64,000 bases of DNA from NCBI GenBank assembly GCA_951406725.2, contig OX597817.1, positions 14,632,001 through 14,696,000 on the forward strand. Reading direction: 5' to 3'. The translations under genes were made by a program, and so were the position numbers. Below, piece after piece: positions 1 through 12,615 of this stretch (position 1 is its first letter; each line of letters begins with the position of its first letter). The DNA is from Octopus vulgaris. Taxonomy: Eukaryota. A model generated the notes under the pieces. It saw nothing but the letters and a program-made list of their open reading frames with translations. It was not told where the DNA came from and ran no database searches.

Positions 1-152
1 ACATTTAAATTTAAATTGTCAAAATATTTTCAACGCTTTGAGACTGCGACCTGTTCACTGACAAAACTTCGAGATGCAGCACAGAGTTTTGTCAGTGAAC
101 AGGTCGCAGTCTCAAAGCGACGAAAATATTTTGACAAATTAAATTTAAATGT
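1..152. repeat. Long palindrome (foldback; arms 1-68 / 85-152), PLE-type inverted terminal repeat
   Basis: acatttaaatttaaattgtc...cactgacaaaact is the near-perfect reverse complement of agttttgtcagtg...aaatttaaatgt, with a 16-nt loop. A related copy lies at about 31965-32200. Confidence 0.9.
88..138 (+). ncRNA. Minimal type I hammerhead ribozyme, G3:C8 core variant
   Basis: Stem I tttgtca(88-94)/tgacaaa(132-138); core GTGAACA (95-101); extra G; stem II gtcgc/gcgac; GAAA (122-125); palindromic stem III AATATT (125-130); H17=U131. Confidence 0.65.
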
Positions 153-829
153 TGAAGTGAATCTAACGGTTTTTGTGTGTTTCTTAAATGGCTTATAAAC
201 ACTTTCCACGCTGCAATTGTTATATATACATATATATATGTAACCAACTAAATTCCAACTGGTAAGAGTTGCTGGTACTCTAGATGCCTTTAGTTAAAGA
301 GGACAGCAACAGATCATAAAAAAATAGAAGACTGGACTATATGCCTCACAATATTCAGCTTTGTCACTCTACGTTTTCTGATCAAATCCCACCATGATTG
401 GCTAATTCATCTTGCTAGGGTTGATAGAACAAGTATCAAGTATACACCTGAGCACTGTATACAATAATTTCATTATTATTATTATTATTATTATTATTAG
501 AACATTATTATCAACTCAATTAACTTCTTCCTTCTCACTGATCAGTTAGATCAGTTAGCACCTCTCATTTGAAACATATTTGTATACAGGTATGGTGGGT
601 AAAAAAAATCCTGTTTTAACCTTATGGAACTTAGCTAATGGAATGCCTAAAGGAAAATAAGGAAATGTTAAAGCCAGGAATCTGGCACAAGAAAATCTGA
701 AGACCCAATCTACAATGACATGACAATGATAATAACAACGAAAATATCCTTTCCATACAAATCAGTGTCTTCTTATTTCTTTTAATATGATTGTTTCACT
801 CTGGAAATACTTTAAGTAATACCATTTGA

Positions 830-1060
830 CGGTAACAGAATTACTGCAGAATAAAAGTAGCACAAATGGCAGAATACTGGACTGAATGCCTTTTATTTGA
901 TTTCGTCTATTCATATCTTCAGTTCAAATTCTAGTAAAGCTATCTTTATTATTATTCATCCCTTGGAGAACAATAAAATAAGTACCAGGCAAATGCTGGA
1001 GTTATTTAATTGATTAGACCCTTCACCTATGAATCTGTAGTCTTGGGCCGATGCCAAATA
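830..1060 (+). mobile_element. Old SINE family C copy
   Basis: Degenerate match (tggcagaat...agttcaaattct...ttcatccctt...aaataagtaccag) to the copy at 54476. Confidence 0.5.
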
Positions 1061-1471
1061 TCAATACTACTGGGTATCACGGAAACCAACAACATAAGTA
1101 GATGCAATACTAAACCAATAATTTGATTAGCTACAACATTAAACAACAAAATAATTAGATACAATATTAATAACAAAATTTGATTCAATGATAATCCACT
1201 ATATAATTAATTCCAAAGATAACCAATAATTCACATAAACTGATGCAGTAAATTGAGCATAAATACCATCAAGGTCAAAAACAGAATCTGTAACTCTACT
1301 AGAGTTCAACAGAGCATAACATATGAATGGATTTCATAGGTTGAAATGATTTAAGACAGAATAAATAATAATAATGGTCTGAGAAATTCATTTTAGCTAT
1401 CTGAAATAAATTACAAATTATCAAAATCTTGCAGAAAATTTCCATTTAATTTAAATACATGTACACATATA

Positions 1472-1884
1472 GGCGCAGGAGTGGCTGTGTGGTAAGTAGC
1501 TTGCTAACCAACCACACGGTTCCAGGTTCAGTCCCACTGTGTGGCATCTTGGGCAAGTGTCTTCTGCTATAGCCCCGGGCCGACCAATGCCTCGTGAGTG
1601 GATTTGGTAGACGGAAACTGAAAGAAGCCTGTCATATATATGTATATATATATATATGTATGCGTGTGTGTTTGTGTGTCAGTGTGTTTGTCCCCCTAGC
1701 ATTGCTTGACAACCGATGCTGGTGTGTTTATGTCCCCGTCACTTAGCAGTTCAGCAAAAGAGACCGATAGAATAAGTACTGGGCTTACAAAGAATAAGTA
1801 CCGGGGTCGATTTGCTCGACTAAAGGCGGTGCTCCAGCATGGCCGCAGTCAAATGACTGAAACAAGTAAAAGAGTAAAGAGAGT
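1472..1884 (+). mobile_element. tRNA-derived SINE family A, full length
   Basis: Head ggcgcaggagtggctgtgtggtaag (A box)...ggttcagtccc (B box), internal (TA)n(TG)n, tail gaaacaagtaaaagagtaaag. More than 10 copies in the window. Confidence 0.9.
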
Positions 1885-3559
1885 ATATATCCATGCACAC
1901 ACATGCGCATGGACATGGACACACGGACACACACACACATTATATATTGGAGTGTGTTAGCAAGCATCTTCATGCCAGTCATCTAGGTTGCCTTTCATTC
2001 AATATCATTTAAGACGTCTGTGTATGTGTGTATGGAGCATCAGTACCATCCCAAATGCTGGGGCAAAATTTCATTGTGGATTTTGCGTGAGTATGAATGC
2101 GTGTATGTGTATTTAAAACAGAACAAAGTTCCTAATACAGTCACAATATTTAAAAAAAAAACATTTTTTCAAATTAAAAAGAAAGAAACTTTGACATTTA
2201 AAAAAAATTTTAAATAGATTGACAATCTTTATGAATAATAAATATAACTGCTAGCTCTTTTAGTCATCATATCAGTTCTTCAGGCAGTAAGACTATATTT
2301 GGTAGCAATTACCAGTATTTATTTCTAATTTGGTTTCAAATTGAAAATCTTCATAAAATGTTCTTTTACTTTGCAAAATTGTTCGCTTTCTAACTGCATT
2401 TTGGAAAGTGGAAAAACGTTTTTAATTTTCCGTTTGCAAAAATGTCAAAATATCCGTCACTTGGAGTATTCCTTGATTTGATGTTTATTAATTTGGTTCG
2501 TGTTTGACTCATATAGTTCTCATAATTGTGCAATATATTAAAATCACACTTTCCTTTGCAAATATCAATACTTGCATAATTTCCCATTCAATACCTGCAT
2601 AGTTTCAAACAAATGTGCGTATGTGTGTGTGTGTGTGCACTCACATGCATGTGTGAAAGCATATATACGAAAGCTTATATGTGTCTATGTATAAGCAAAC
2701 ATGATCATGTATAGGTATATAGGTACATATGGAACTATTGTCTTTCCCAAATATTAGCTATCACCACATTAACCATACTTCATTTATACCCCTGTACAGT
2801 AAAAAAAAAAATAAAATAAAACACTTTAGTGGCCCCAATTCTCATATTCCAATTTTTTCTCATTATCTCTCAATATATAAACTATAGCTACAATTAGAGT
2901 TAGTAACATCGATATCACTACCATTATTATTAGTAACTATGGAGGTATTAATGTTTAATATATTTTCCCTGTTTAACACCTTATAAGCTTCTATAAACCC
3001 AACTGTGAATTACCTTTGCATTAGGTTTTGTCATTGAAATTTGACAATTTAACAATATTTGAAGAAACAATCTTCATATATCTTGTCTATATGATTTATA
3101 AGTTATATGTTCAAAACTTATCCTTAAAATTTATTAGAATAATTAATGACTATAAAGTTTTTTAATTTCACCTATATTAAAAAAAAAAAATTAATTATTT
3201 TTCACATATATCTATAGGTGCAGGCATGGCTGGGTGATTAAGAAGCTCACTCTGTAACCACAGAGTTTCAGGTTCAGTCTCACTACATGGCACCTTGGGC
3301 AAGTGTCTTCTACTATAGCCCTGCACTGACCAATGTCTTTCAAGTGAATCTGGTAGATGAAAACTATGGCACCTGTTGTGTGTGTGTATGTGAGAAAGAG
3401 AGAGAGAGAGAGAGGGTGTTTCCCCCACCCATCACTTGACAACTAGTGTTGGTTTGTTTTCATCCTCATAAGTTAGCAGTTCAGCGAAAGAGACCAACAG
3501 AATAAGTACCAAACTTTTTAAAAGATAATAATTACTGGAATTGATTTGTTCAACTAAAA

Positions 3560-3983
3560 CAGTGCCTCTCAGCCATATTTTTTTTTTTTTACCTATGGAC
3601 CCTCTTTGATTACAGTTTTACTCAGGTGGACACTCATAACCCTTCAATGCTTTAAAAAAAATCCTATTATCATTATCATCATCATCATCATCATCGTTTA
3701 ATGTCCGCTTTCCATGCTGACATAAGTTGGATGGTTTGACTGAGGATTGACAAGCCAGTAGGCTGCACCAGGCTCCAATCTGATCTGGCAAGGTTTCTAC
3801 AGCTGGATGCCCTTCCTAATGCCAACCACTCTGGGTGCTTTTTACATAGGAATTGCATAACATATTCTTAAAATATTTTGTGTATTGTAGAAATATAACC
3901 TATTTATTGCAGATAAATTTTTAACAAATAAATCTTATACTGAACCCCCAAAGGTCATATGGCCCCCCAGTTGAGGACCACTA
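3560..3983. mobile_element. hAT(Charlie)-like MITE
   Basis: Termini cagtgcctctcagc / gttgaggaccacta resemble CAGTGGTTCTCAAC TIRs. The TSD is eroded. Confidence 0.55.
3676..3848 (-). mobile_element. SINE family B 3' end ((GAT)n tail)
   Basis: (atc)n-gtttaatgtccgctttccatg...gctggatgcccttcctaatgccaaccac. Confidence 0.8.
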
Positions 3984-4434
3984 GGCTTAACCTATCAAGG
4001 CAGTTTTCTAGCTTAGTTGCAGCCCAATGACTGTAACAAATAGGAGAAAAGATATATCCTCATTTGATATTATTTAACCATTTTCAAAACGCTCCACTGA
4101 ACCATGATAATAATGTTGATCACAACAATTATTTTAATTATTCTTTATTTATTTATAGCTGTTCTTAGTTTACCATCCAGCACCCCCCCCCCCTTCTGGA
4201 TAATGATGATGATGATGACGATGATGATGATGATTAAATACCAAACTCAAACAATGTTAATATATCTTTAGAAAAACAAGTGTAACTAACTGTTTTGCGT
4301 TTATTGATGCTTCTACAGTGTCTTCTACACCATTTATCCTCTGTGTGTGTGTGTGTGTGTAAGCGTGTGCTTGCTTGTTTCCATGTCCCCCCCACCACCA
4401 CCACCACTGCTGCCACCCACATGGTTTATCTTAC

Positions 4435-4534
4435 TTTCTTTACTTGTTTCGCTGATGCCATCCTCTTCCTCTTCCTCTTCACTTTCCCCCAACTGTCGGA
4501 GGATCGCAATGGCCTTTGGCAGGTCTGCCAATAT
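4435..4534 (-). other. Candidate 100-nt exon (unassigned)
   Basis: On -: actaac branch-like site, ...gcatag| exon |gtaaga. Non-repeat, GC-richer sequence with two open frames (ILADLPKAIAILRQLGESEEEEEEDG... or YWQTCQRPLRSSDSWGKVKRKRKR...). Confidence 0.35.
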
Positions 4535-5009
4535 CTATGCATTGAATTGCAAATTATAGTTAGTCCCCATCTCTCCCTCTCTCTCCATTTTTAGTGCCGT
4601 CCTCAGTACCATTCTCCTTGCTCTCCCCAACATCCACTTTCTTCACACACCTGACTATTTCACAGTATAGTGACCAGCAATTTCATAAACAAATACTATT
4701 CACTATCCAACCCCCAACATCAATCAAACCACCACCACCCCCACCATCACCCCCACCCACCCCCACACACACACACACAGAAAGAGAGAGATGCAGGCAT
4801 GTTTGAAACTCAAGCTTTTAAAACAACTGATTTATAATTCTTCAAAATCACGAAAGACAGAAGGGAACTAGTTCTATTCAGATAATAATCTATTAGTCAT
4901 AGAGAAACTAATTATTTTTCTCTCCTAATCACATGCTCAATTACTATATACTTAAGTGTAAATTTGGGCACAAATGTTCATTGTTAGAAGTGGGTGTTCT
5001 CTCATTCTT

Positions 5010-5580
5010 CATTCGTTTCAGTCACTTGACTGCAACCATGCTGGAGCACTGCCTTAACACTTTTGTTACCATTATTTTGAGACTCTCTTGTGTCTATTTC
5101 AATGGGTTTTAAATATACAAAGAATTTAGTAAAATAACTTAGTTATCATTAAGCTAGTGTTATCAACATAAATTGTGATGAAAGTTTAGTGGAAGATTTT
5201 AATTCAAAACAAGACATTTGTACCACAGAGCCAGAGGCAGTTTCAGCTGGGTTGGCATCGAAAAGGTTAAAGGTTAAAGGAAAGGTCAAAGAAATCAAGC
5301 CCAGGAATTTTTCATTGCAAGCCTAGTACTTAATCAGTTGGCCTCATTTGCCGAACCACTAAGTTATGGGGATGTAAACACACCAGCATCAGATGTCAAG
5401 CAATGGTGGGGGACCAAACACAGACACACACATACATACATATATATATGTATATATATATATATACATACACACACAAACACACGATGGGCTTCTTTCA
5501 CTTTCCATCCATCACATCCACTCACAAGGCTTTTGTTGACCTGAGACTACAGTAGAAGACACTTGCTCAAAGTGCCACAC
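5010..5580 (-). mobile_element. SINE family A copy interrupted by piggyBac-like MITE
   Basis: gtttcagtcacttgactgc...gctggagcac, resuming after 5270. Confidence 0.75.
5058..5266. mobile_element. piggyBac-like MITE P1 (opposite orientation to other copies)
   Basis: TTAA on both sides; homologous to 25379-25598. Confidence 0.75.
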
Positions 5581-6599
5581 ACAGATATATATATATATAT
5601 ATATATGTATGGATATATATATATGTATATATGTGTATGTATATATATTATGCTCATTAGTGAAATTGCCATGCAATAACCAGCACTTGGGTATTAATAA
5701 TTGAGCACACTACCAGCAGTATATTAGATAGGTACTATCCCTTAGTTGGTTGGATTCACAACCATCTCATCCTATAATGGAATCAATCTACAAACATCAT
5801 TATGGACCATCGTATCCTCAGAAACAGCTGTTGGGTTTGCAATACTTTTCTTCAGCCCCTTTAATTCTCTATATCATTTGTATTCTGTGTAAGTCGGATC
5901 TTGTTATAAGTATGCATAAGTGCATTTTTTTGCATTTCATCTAACTAATATACATTTGCTCTGTCTAACTTGCTTATCTCTACACTTACTTCTATACCTG
6001 CTCCAGTTTGAATCTCTTGAGTACTATTAAGTGTATTCTATACGGAGAATATCTGGATTTCTTCTATGAACTATGTAGGTGTGTGAATGTGTGTATGTAT
6101 GTATTATATATATATATATATAAATACATATGTATGTGTGAACACTTTTCAGTGAAGATGTACATATTTACTTCCTCAATCAATAGCATAAAATATTCAT
6201 CCAATCACTCTTTTAATCACACGTCAAAAGTATAGAAGGAATGTGTTCATATTCTTACTTCACCCACAGCTAGCTTTGTAATATTTATCTAACTTTTCAT
6301 TCATGAACATTTTTGCACAACAAAAGAATCAATTGTTGCATTAGTGACTAGCTGTCAGAAGCATAAATATACAAATTAAGTTATCTACTATTGAGCTAGC
6401 CTAATTTATGGATACCTTATCTAGTAGGAGATTATTTTTAGGCAATTGATTCCAAAGAGGAACTGAGTATATCTTTTCTGAGGAGTAACCAATAAGCTGT
6501 GAAAACCAACTCTTTGTTTTAGCACACGATAAAACCACTGAAAATCTACCTCAGCAAATTTTTATCAGACTCATACAAGCATGAAAAAGTAGCCATTAA

Positions 6600-6689
6600 A
6601 ATGATGATGATGATGGTGATGATATACACACACAAACATACACACACACACATATGTACACATATTTATGTGAGCATATATGTATGTGT

Positions 6690-6746
<57 letters not shown>

Positions 6747-6829
6747 TATATACACTCATAATTTTGTACAGATATGCGCATCTATATATCAATCTACTGA
6801 TATATTTGTAACATGCATGTATGTGTGTT

Positions 6830-6903
<74 letters not shown>

Positions 6904-6904
6904 C

Positions 6905-6950
<46 letters not shown>
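6600..6950. repeat. Compound microsatellite (ATG)/(CA)/(TG)/(TA)/(GA)
   Basis: Read directly. Similar tracts at 8160-8390, 9958-10010, 16572-16655, 21002-21072, 45500-45620, 61080-62010. Confidence 0.95.
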
Positions 6951-7188
6951 AACGAAAGAATATGAGGGGCATAGTCCATTGGTGATCTAAATGAATAGGT
7001 ATGCTGAGTAAGTGCTATAAGTGGTCATCCGGTAGGTTCCAAGTTCATGTCTGAGGCTGGAACTAGGGATCTGTATTAGGCTCCCAAGTTAGCACATATA
7101 CTATACTATATAAGAGGAAAAAGGACAAAATCCAAGATATATATATACATACACACACATATTTACATACACACAAAAATAAATACAT

Positions 7189-7224
<36 letters not shown>

Positions 7225-7389
7225 TATTATTAATTAAAGTGTTGAAATATTGTATGCTTCAAGAGATGTTCTTAAAATGAATTAGTTCACGTTCTCTCAA
7301 AAGTTTATAAAATTCCTTTGATGTAAACAGCATACAGTATACTGTTAATAATACATATACATATGTTATCAACATATATACACATAGGA

Positions 7390-7730
7390 GGGGGAGACCC
7401 CCTTTGGTCATGAATGACCATGGGATTGCACCTAGAAAGTTACCCTCCGAGGCACAAGTCCGGGCAAGGTTGTTTGTGGAAGGCCAGCAGTCGCCCCTAC
7501 ATACCAGCCTCCCCTCTCCACGCCACCGATGTTATCCAAGGGAAAGGCAAAGGGGCCGATACAGCTTGGCACCAGTGATGTCGCAACTCATTTCTACAGC
7601 TGAGTGAACTGGAGCAACGTGAAATAAAGTGTCTTGCTCAAGAACACAACACGCAGCTCAACCCAGGAATCGAACTCATAATCTCACGATCGTAAGCTTG
7701 ACACTCCAACCACTGAGTCATATACCTTCA
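7390..7730 (-). mobile_element. tRNA-derived SINE family E
   Basis: Minus-strand head tgaaggtatatgactcagtggttggag...gagttcgattcct, then cttgagcaagacacttt; tail distinct from family D. Confidence 0.75.
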
Positions 7731-7809
7731 CATATACACACATATATATATAAGCCTATACATATATATAAATATCTAAGACATATATCTACATATATAT
7801 ATATAGATA

Positions 7810-8165
7810 TATAAATGTGTAATGGTGTCTGTCTGTGTATGTGTGTTTGGGGTTACTCTAACTCCTCCCACACCGTCCAACCAATTTCAATGATTTTTGG
7901 CACATAGGTAGATCATATGCCCTGAAGTTCAAATAAGGCCGAAATTTTTTGAAAACTCGATAATACTCAATTAGCATCGATTTTTGTGAACTCAGTCGGA
8001 TGTTTGAATGGAAATTCCCATAACAATATTATTTTTCCTGCAGCTTTTGCATATTTTCATGTGTAAAATTTCATCGAAATTGATAGAATAGTCTCTAAGG
8101 AAATGCTTATTCAATACAAGGTCAGAGGTGGGCTTAACTTTTAACATGGAAAACACGAGCTCGTA
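7810..8165 (+). mobile_element. Possible non-autonomous Helitron-like element
   Basis: Starts tatataaatg...gtctgtctgtg...aactcctcccacaccgtccaaccaatttcaatgattttt, which resembles Helitron-type MITE 5' ends. The 3' terminus is unclear. Confidence 0.35.
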
Positions 8166-8174
8166 TATATACGC

Positions 8175-8239
<65 letters not shown>

Positions 8240-8276
8240 TACATACGTAAATATATGAGATACATATATATAAATG

Positions 8277-8309
<33 letters not shown>

Positions 8310-8332
8310 GTGTGTGTGTGTGTGTATGTGTA

Positions 8333-8374
<42 letters not shown>

Positions 8375-8387
8375 CACACATACACAT

Positions 8388-8560
8388 ACATTCTTGGAGT
8401 GGTTGGTGTTAGGAAGGGCACCAGCCGTAGAAACCTTGCCAAATGAGATTGGAGCCTGGTGCAGCCCTCCAGCTCACCAGTTCTCAGTCAAACTGTTCAA
8501 CCCATGCCAGCATGGAAAGCGGACATTAATCGATGATGATGATGATGATGATGATGATGA
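8388..8560 (+). mobile_element. SINE family B 3' end
   Basis: ggagtggttggtgttaggaagggca...gcatggaaagcggacatt-(gat)n. Confidence 0.85.
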
Positions 8561-8661
8561 CATATACATACATAAATAAAAATATACATCTGTACACATA
8601 TACATTTATGCATACATATATATATATATATGTGTGTGTGTGTGTATATGTGTATAATATA

Positions 8662-8822
8662 GCAGGAGTGGCTGTGTGGTAAGTAGCTTGCTCACCAACC
8701 ACATGGTTCCGGGTTCAGTCCCACTGCGTGGCATCTTGGGCAAGTGTCTTCTGCTATAGCCCCGGGCCGACCATGCCTTGTGAGTGGATTTGGTAGACGG
8801 AAACTGAAAGAAGCCTGTCGTA

Positions 8823-8866
<44 letters not shown>

Positions 8867-9093
8867 TGTGTGTGTATATGTTTGTGTGTCTGTGTTTGTC
8901 CCCCTAGCATTGCTTGACAACCGATGCTGGTGTGTTTACGTCCCCGTCACTTAGCAGTTCGGCAAAAGAGACCGATAGAATAAGTACTGGGCTTACAAAA
9001 GAATAACTCCCGGGGGTCGATTTGCTCGACTAAAGGCGGTGCTCCAGCATGGCCACAGTCAAATGACTGAAACAAGTAAAAGAGTAAAAGAGT
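8662..9093 (+). mobile_element. SINE family A, young copy
   Basis: Nearly identical to 1472-1884. Confidence 0.9.
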
Positions 9094-9369
9094 AATATGT
9101 ATGTGCACATATCTGTAGAGAGATCAGAGAAAGAGAGAAGTGGGGGGGGGGGGTGTCTCATGCTCCTGGCATTTTCACAATAACTGAAAAACAAACTCCA
9201 GCATCATTCAAACGATTGATGATGATGGATATGTTAAAGACAAGTTCTACAGTGCTTGGTAAAATGCGAGGGATAGCGACAGGAAGAACATAGAGCAGTA
9301 GAAAATTGTGCTTCAATGAATCTTCTCACAACCGCATAAAACGGGTGATGGTGATGATATAATATATAT

Positions 9370-9757
9370 CTTTTTGTCTTTTTCTCATTTCAGTCATTAG
9401 AATTGTGGCCATGCTGGGGCACCACCCAAAAGAATTTTTAGTCAAAAGAATCAACCCCAGTACTTGTTTTTTTGGGGGGCGGGGGGTTAAGCCTGGCACT
9501 TATTCTATTGGTCTCTTCTGCCAAACTGCTAAGTTATGGGAACATAAACAACGCCAGCTGTCAAGAGGGACAAAGACAGACACAAAGAGAGAGAGACATG
9601 GCTTCTTTCAGTTTCCGTCTACCAAATCCACTCACAAGTTTTGGTTAGCCCAAAGCTAAAGTAGTAGACATTTGCCTCAGGTACCCCACAGTGGGACTGA
9701 ACCTGGAACCATGTGGTTACAAAGCAACCTACTTACCACACAACCTTGCCTGTGCCT
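9370..9757 (-). mobile_element. SINE family A, older copy
   Basis: Reverse complement of family A from tail to head (...acttaccacacaaccttgcctgtgcc). Confidence 0.8.
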
Positions 9758-9761
9758 ACAT

Positions 9762-9952
9762 TCATCATCATCATCATCATCCTTTAACATCCGCTTTCCA
9801 TGATGGCATGGGTTGGACAGTTTGACCAGAGATCTACAGGTCCCAGTCTGATTTGGCTTGGTTTCTATGGTTAGATGCCCTTCCTAATGCCAACCACATT
9901 ACAGAGTATGCTACATGCTTTTAATGTGGCACTGGCACAAGTACTTCTATGC

Positions 9953-10014
<62 letters not shown>

Positions 10015-10225
10015 CATCATCATCGTCATTTAACATCCACCTTCCATGCTGGATTGGGTGGAACGGTTTGACAAGAGCTAGCAAGTCTGCACCAGACTTC
10101 TGTAACTGTTTTTGGCATGACTTTTACAGTTGGATGCCCTTCCAAACACCAAGCACTTTACAGTGTGGACGAGGTGCCTTTAAGTGCCACCTGCAATGAT
10201 AGGGTCACCAAGTACCTTGCAAGAC
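9762..10225 (-). mobile_element. Two SINE family B 3' fragments (9762-9940, 10011-10225)
   Basis: (cat)n-tttaacatcc(g/a)c(t/c)ttccatg...gatgcccttcc motif occurs twice. Confidence 0.7.
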
Positions 10226-10923
10226 GAAAAAAAAGAACAAAAAATTTTTGAGAGGGGAGGAAGCATTATATATATATATATACATATATATATAATTACA
10301 TACACACAAAATAAATATAATATAATATCTAATATAATATATATAATGGAAATAGACATGTTAGGTGCATGACAAGTTATTGTAGGGGGTTGTCGCTCTG
10401 AATACTATCTACATTAAACCCCCTCTGCTACATAGTTCAGTAGTGGAAAATGCTTACAATAAAGGGTTGTTATGTAGTACAAAATGCACATAGAGAATAA
10501 CAGGAAGTAAGTTGTTAGTATTTAATCTATTCCATTTCCATTACAAACATTTCCGTGACCAATAATTAAGGTCAATGAATAATTAGAAATTATAATCGAT
10601 GAGATCAATTATAGATAGCATCATCAGATGGTTCGTTAAAATATGAAAAATCTAGACATGCAGCATGAACAAATACTCAAGAAATACATGTGAACCAATG
10701 AGAGTGAGGAGAAAGAGAAGGGTGGTTGGGTGAGTAGCAACTGTAGCATGGGTAGTCAGAGGTATAATGTCCAAAGATGTTATAATCACAAAGCAGAGGG
10801 AAAAGAAGTCAGTAGAAGACTCTGACGCAGACAGAGAAGAGACAAGGAATGAGACAAGAAGCAAATAAAGTTACAATGGAACCAGAAGAGTATAGATAAG
10901 GAGATATTAAGTACTGTGTATAA

Positions 10924-11135
10924 GGCGGCGAGCTGGCAGAACCGTTAGCACGCTGGGCGAAATGCGTAGCTGTATTTCGTCTGCTGTTACGTTCTGAGTT
11001 CAAATTCCGACGAGGTCGACTTTACCTTTCATCCTTTCTGGGTCGATAAATTAAGTACCAGTTACGCACTGGAGTCGATATCTGTCCTTGTTTGTCCCCT
11101 CTGTGTTTAGCCCCTTGTGGGTAGTAAAGAAATAA
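10924..11135 (+). mobile_element. tRNA-derived SINE family C with TSD
   Basis: ggcggcgagctggcagaa...gagttcaaattcc...gtaaagaaata; flanked by attaagtac(t/a)gtgtata. Confidence 0.9.
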
Positions 11136-11596
11136 TTAAGTACAGTGTATACTGGGGGTTATAAGCCACAAAGAACCAGACAAATCCTGAAACACGGGAT
11201 AGGAGGATGTTTGCAAGTCATAGCTATTTAAACATATTGTTAGGGCAACTCCTCTGTCAGTAATCTCCTCTCCTTTAGCCCCTCACACCTACCATCATTC
11301 CATAGCATAAAGCCACCTTTCTCTCTCTTTCTTTCTATTATAGCCCCTACTCATGATTTTAGGGGATTTTAGTCTTGCAGGTTGCATGCCAACTGGTGCA
11401 AGAAAAAACTCTCAGTACACAGTGTAAAGCAGTTGGCATTAAGGGTCTCCTGTTGTAGAAACCATGCCAAAGCAGAAATTGGAATAAGATACAATCTTTG
11501 GACTTTCTGGATCCTGCCAAACAGTCCAACCCTTTGGTCTTGTAAGTTACAAAGTGACCTCTCTAGTGCTGTTGTCATGAAAAACAAAAACATGCA

Positions 11597-11915
11597 GTCA
11601 TCATTACTCAATGTCCACTTTCCATACTGGTATGGGTTGGACAATTTGACAGGAGCTGGCAAGGCCAGGGGCTGCACTTTGCTCCATTGTCTTTTTACAT
11701 AGCACCATCACCAGTGCTTTTTCTGTAATACCAGAACCAGCACCCTTTACATGGGACTATCACCAGTGTTTTTTTACATGGCATTATCCCCAATGCTTTT
11801 TACGTGGCATTATCCCCAATGCTTTTTACATGGTACCAGCACCAGTGCTTTTTACATGGTACCAGAACCAGTGCTTTTTACATGGTACAAGCACCAGTGC
11901 TTTTTACATGACATT
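11597..11915 (-). mobile_element. SINE family B variant with ~25-bp tandem array
   Basis: Family B tail plus about 9 units resembling ttttacatggcaccagcaccagtgc (11690-11915). Confidence 0.7.
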
Positions 11916-12392
11916 GTGGTTTTACAGTGAGTAAAGTAGTTGGTAAATCAGGTAGTTGAGCGGATTCTTCAGTGTTGCTGGGAACAAGACAATCTCTGGA
12001 GTCTTCGTTAACACTACTGAGTTTTTTAATAGCACCCACATTAAAAGGGTATCAAGTCCTTGAAAGGACCAAAGAGTTCTCACAACAGCACAATTCAGTG
12101 TAGTGGGTGCATTTTTCTTGATACCAGTGTTAAAAAACAACATAGCCATATCTTTAACGTGACTAAAGAAACCTCACAACCTTATGCCCCTGCTTGTTCA
12201 CCAACCTGTTTACAAGCTGAGGGGTATGAGCAATAGAGGTATGAATGAGTGTGATGAGAGGATGTTTGATAAACGGAGGAGTAACAGGGGTACTTAGTAT
12301 TCCGAAAGAGGTAAATATATTCAAGGTGACATGACGAAGATAGAAGGAAGCTATTCTATATACATGCCAATATATTTACTCCTTTATTTGTT

Positions 12393-12427
<35 letters not shown>

Positions 12428-12573
12428 ATGTGTGTGTGTGTGTGCAGTGAGAGAGAGAGAGAGAGAGTTAAAAATCACTGTTTTTTCAACATTTGTCTGT
12501 TTATTAGTGAAGTCTCATTCAGTTGGAATTAAATGGTTTTGATTTAGTCTTAGGTGACTTTTAGCCAACCCTG

Positions 12574-12615
<42 letters not shown>

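Larger units (their letters stand above)
3218..4050 (+). mobile_element. Old SINE family A copy split by a MITE
   Basis: Head and body at 3218-3559; tail remnant (aaggcagttttctagc...aatgactgtaacaa) at about 3990-4050. Confidence 0.7.

Noticed and set aside
16-198. 60-aa ORF
   Set aside because: It runs through a palindromic repeat and has no protein features.
1472-1545. tRNA genes at SINE heads (also 29325, 46119, 54476)
   Set aside because: A/B boxes are present but there is no complete cloverleaf, and each is followed by SINE body.
6571-8920. Many 60-130 aa ORFs rich in YI/CV/HT/LS
   Set aside because: These are translations of dinucleotide microsatellites and SINEs; the same applies to most of the ORF track.
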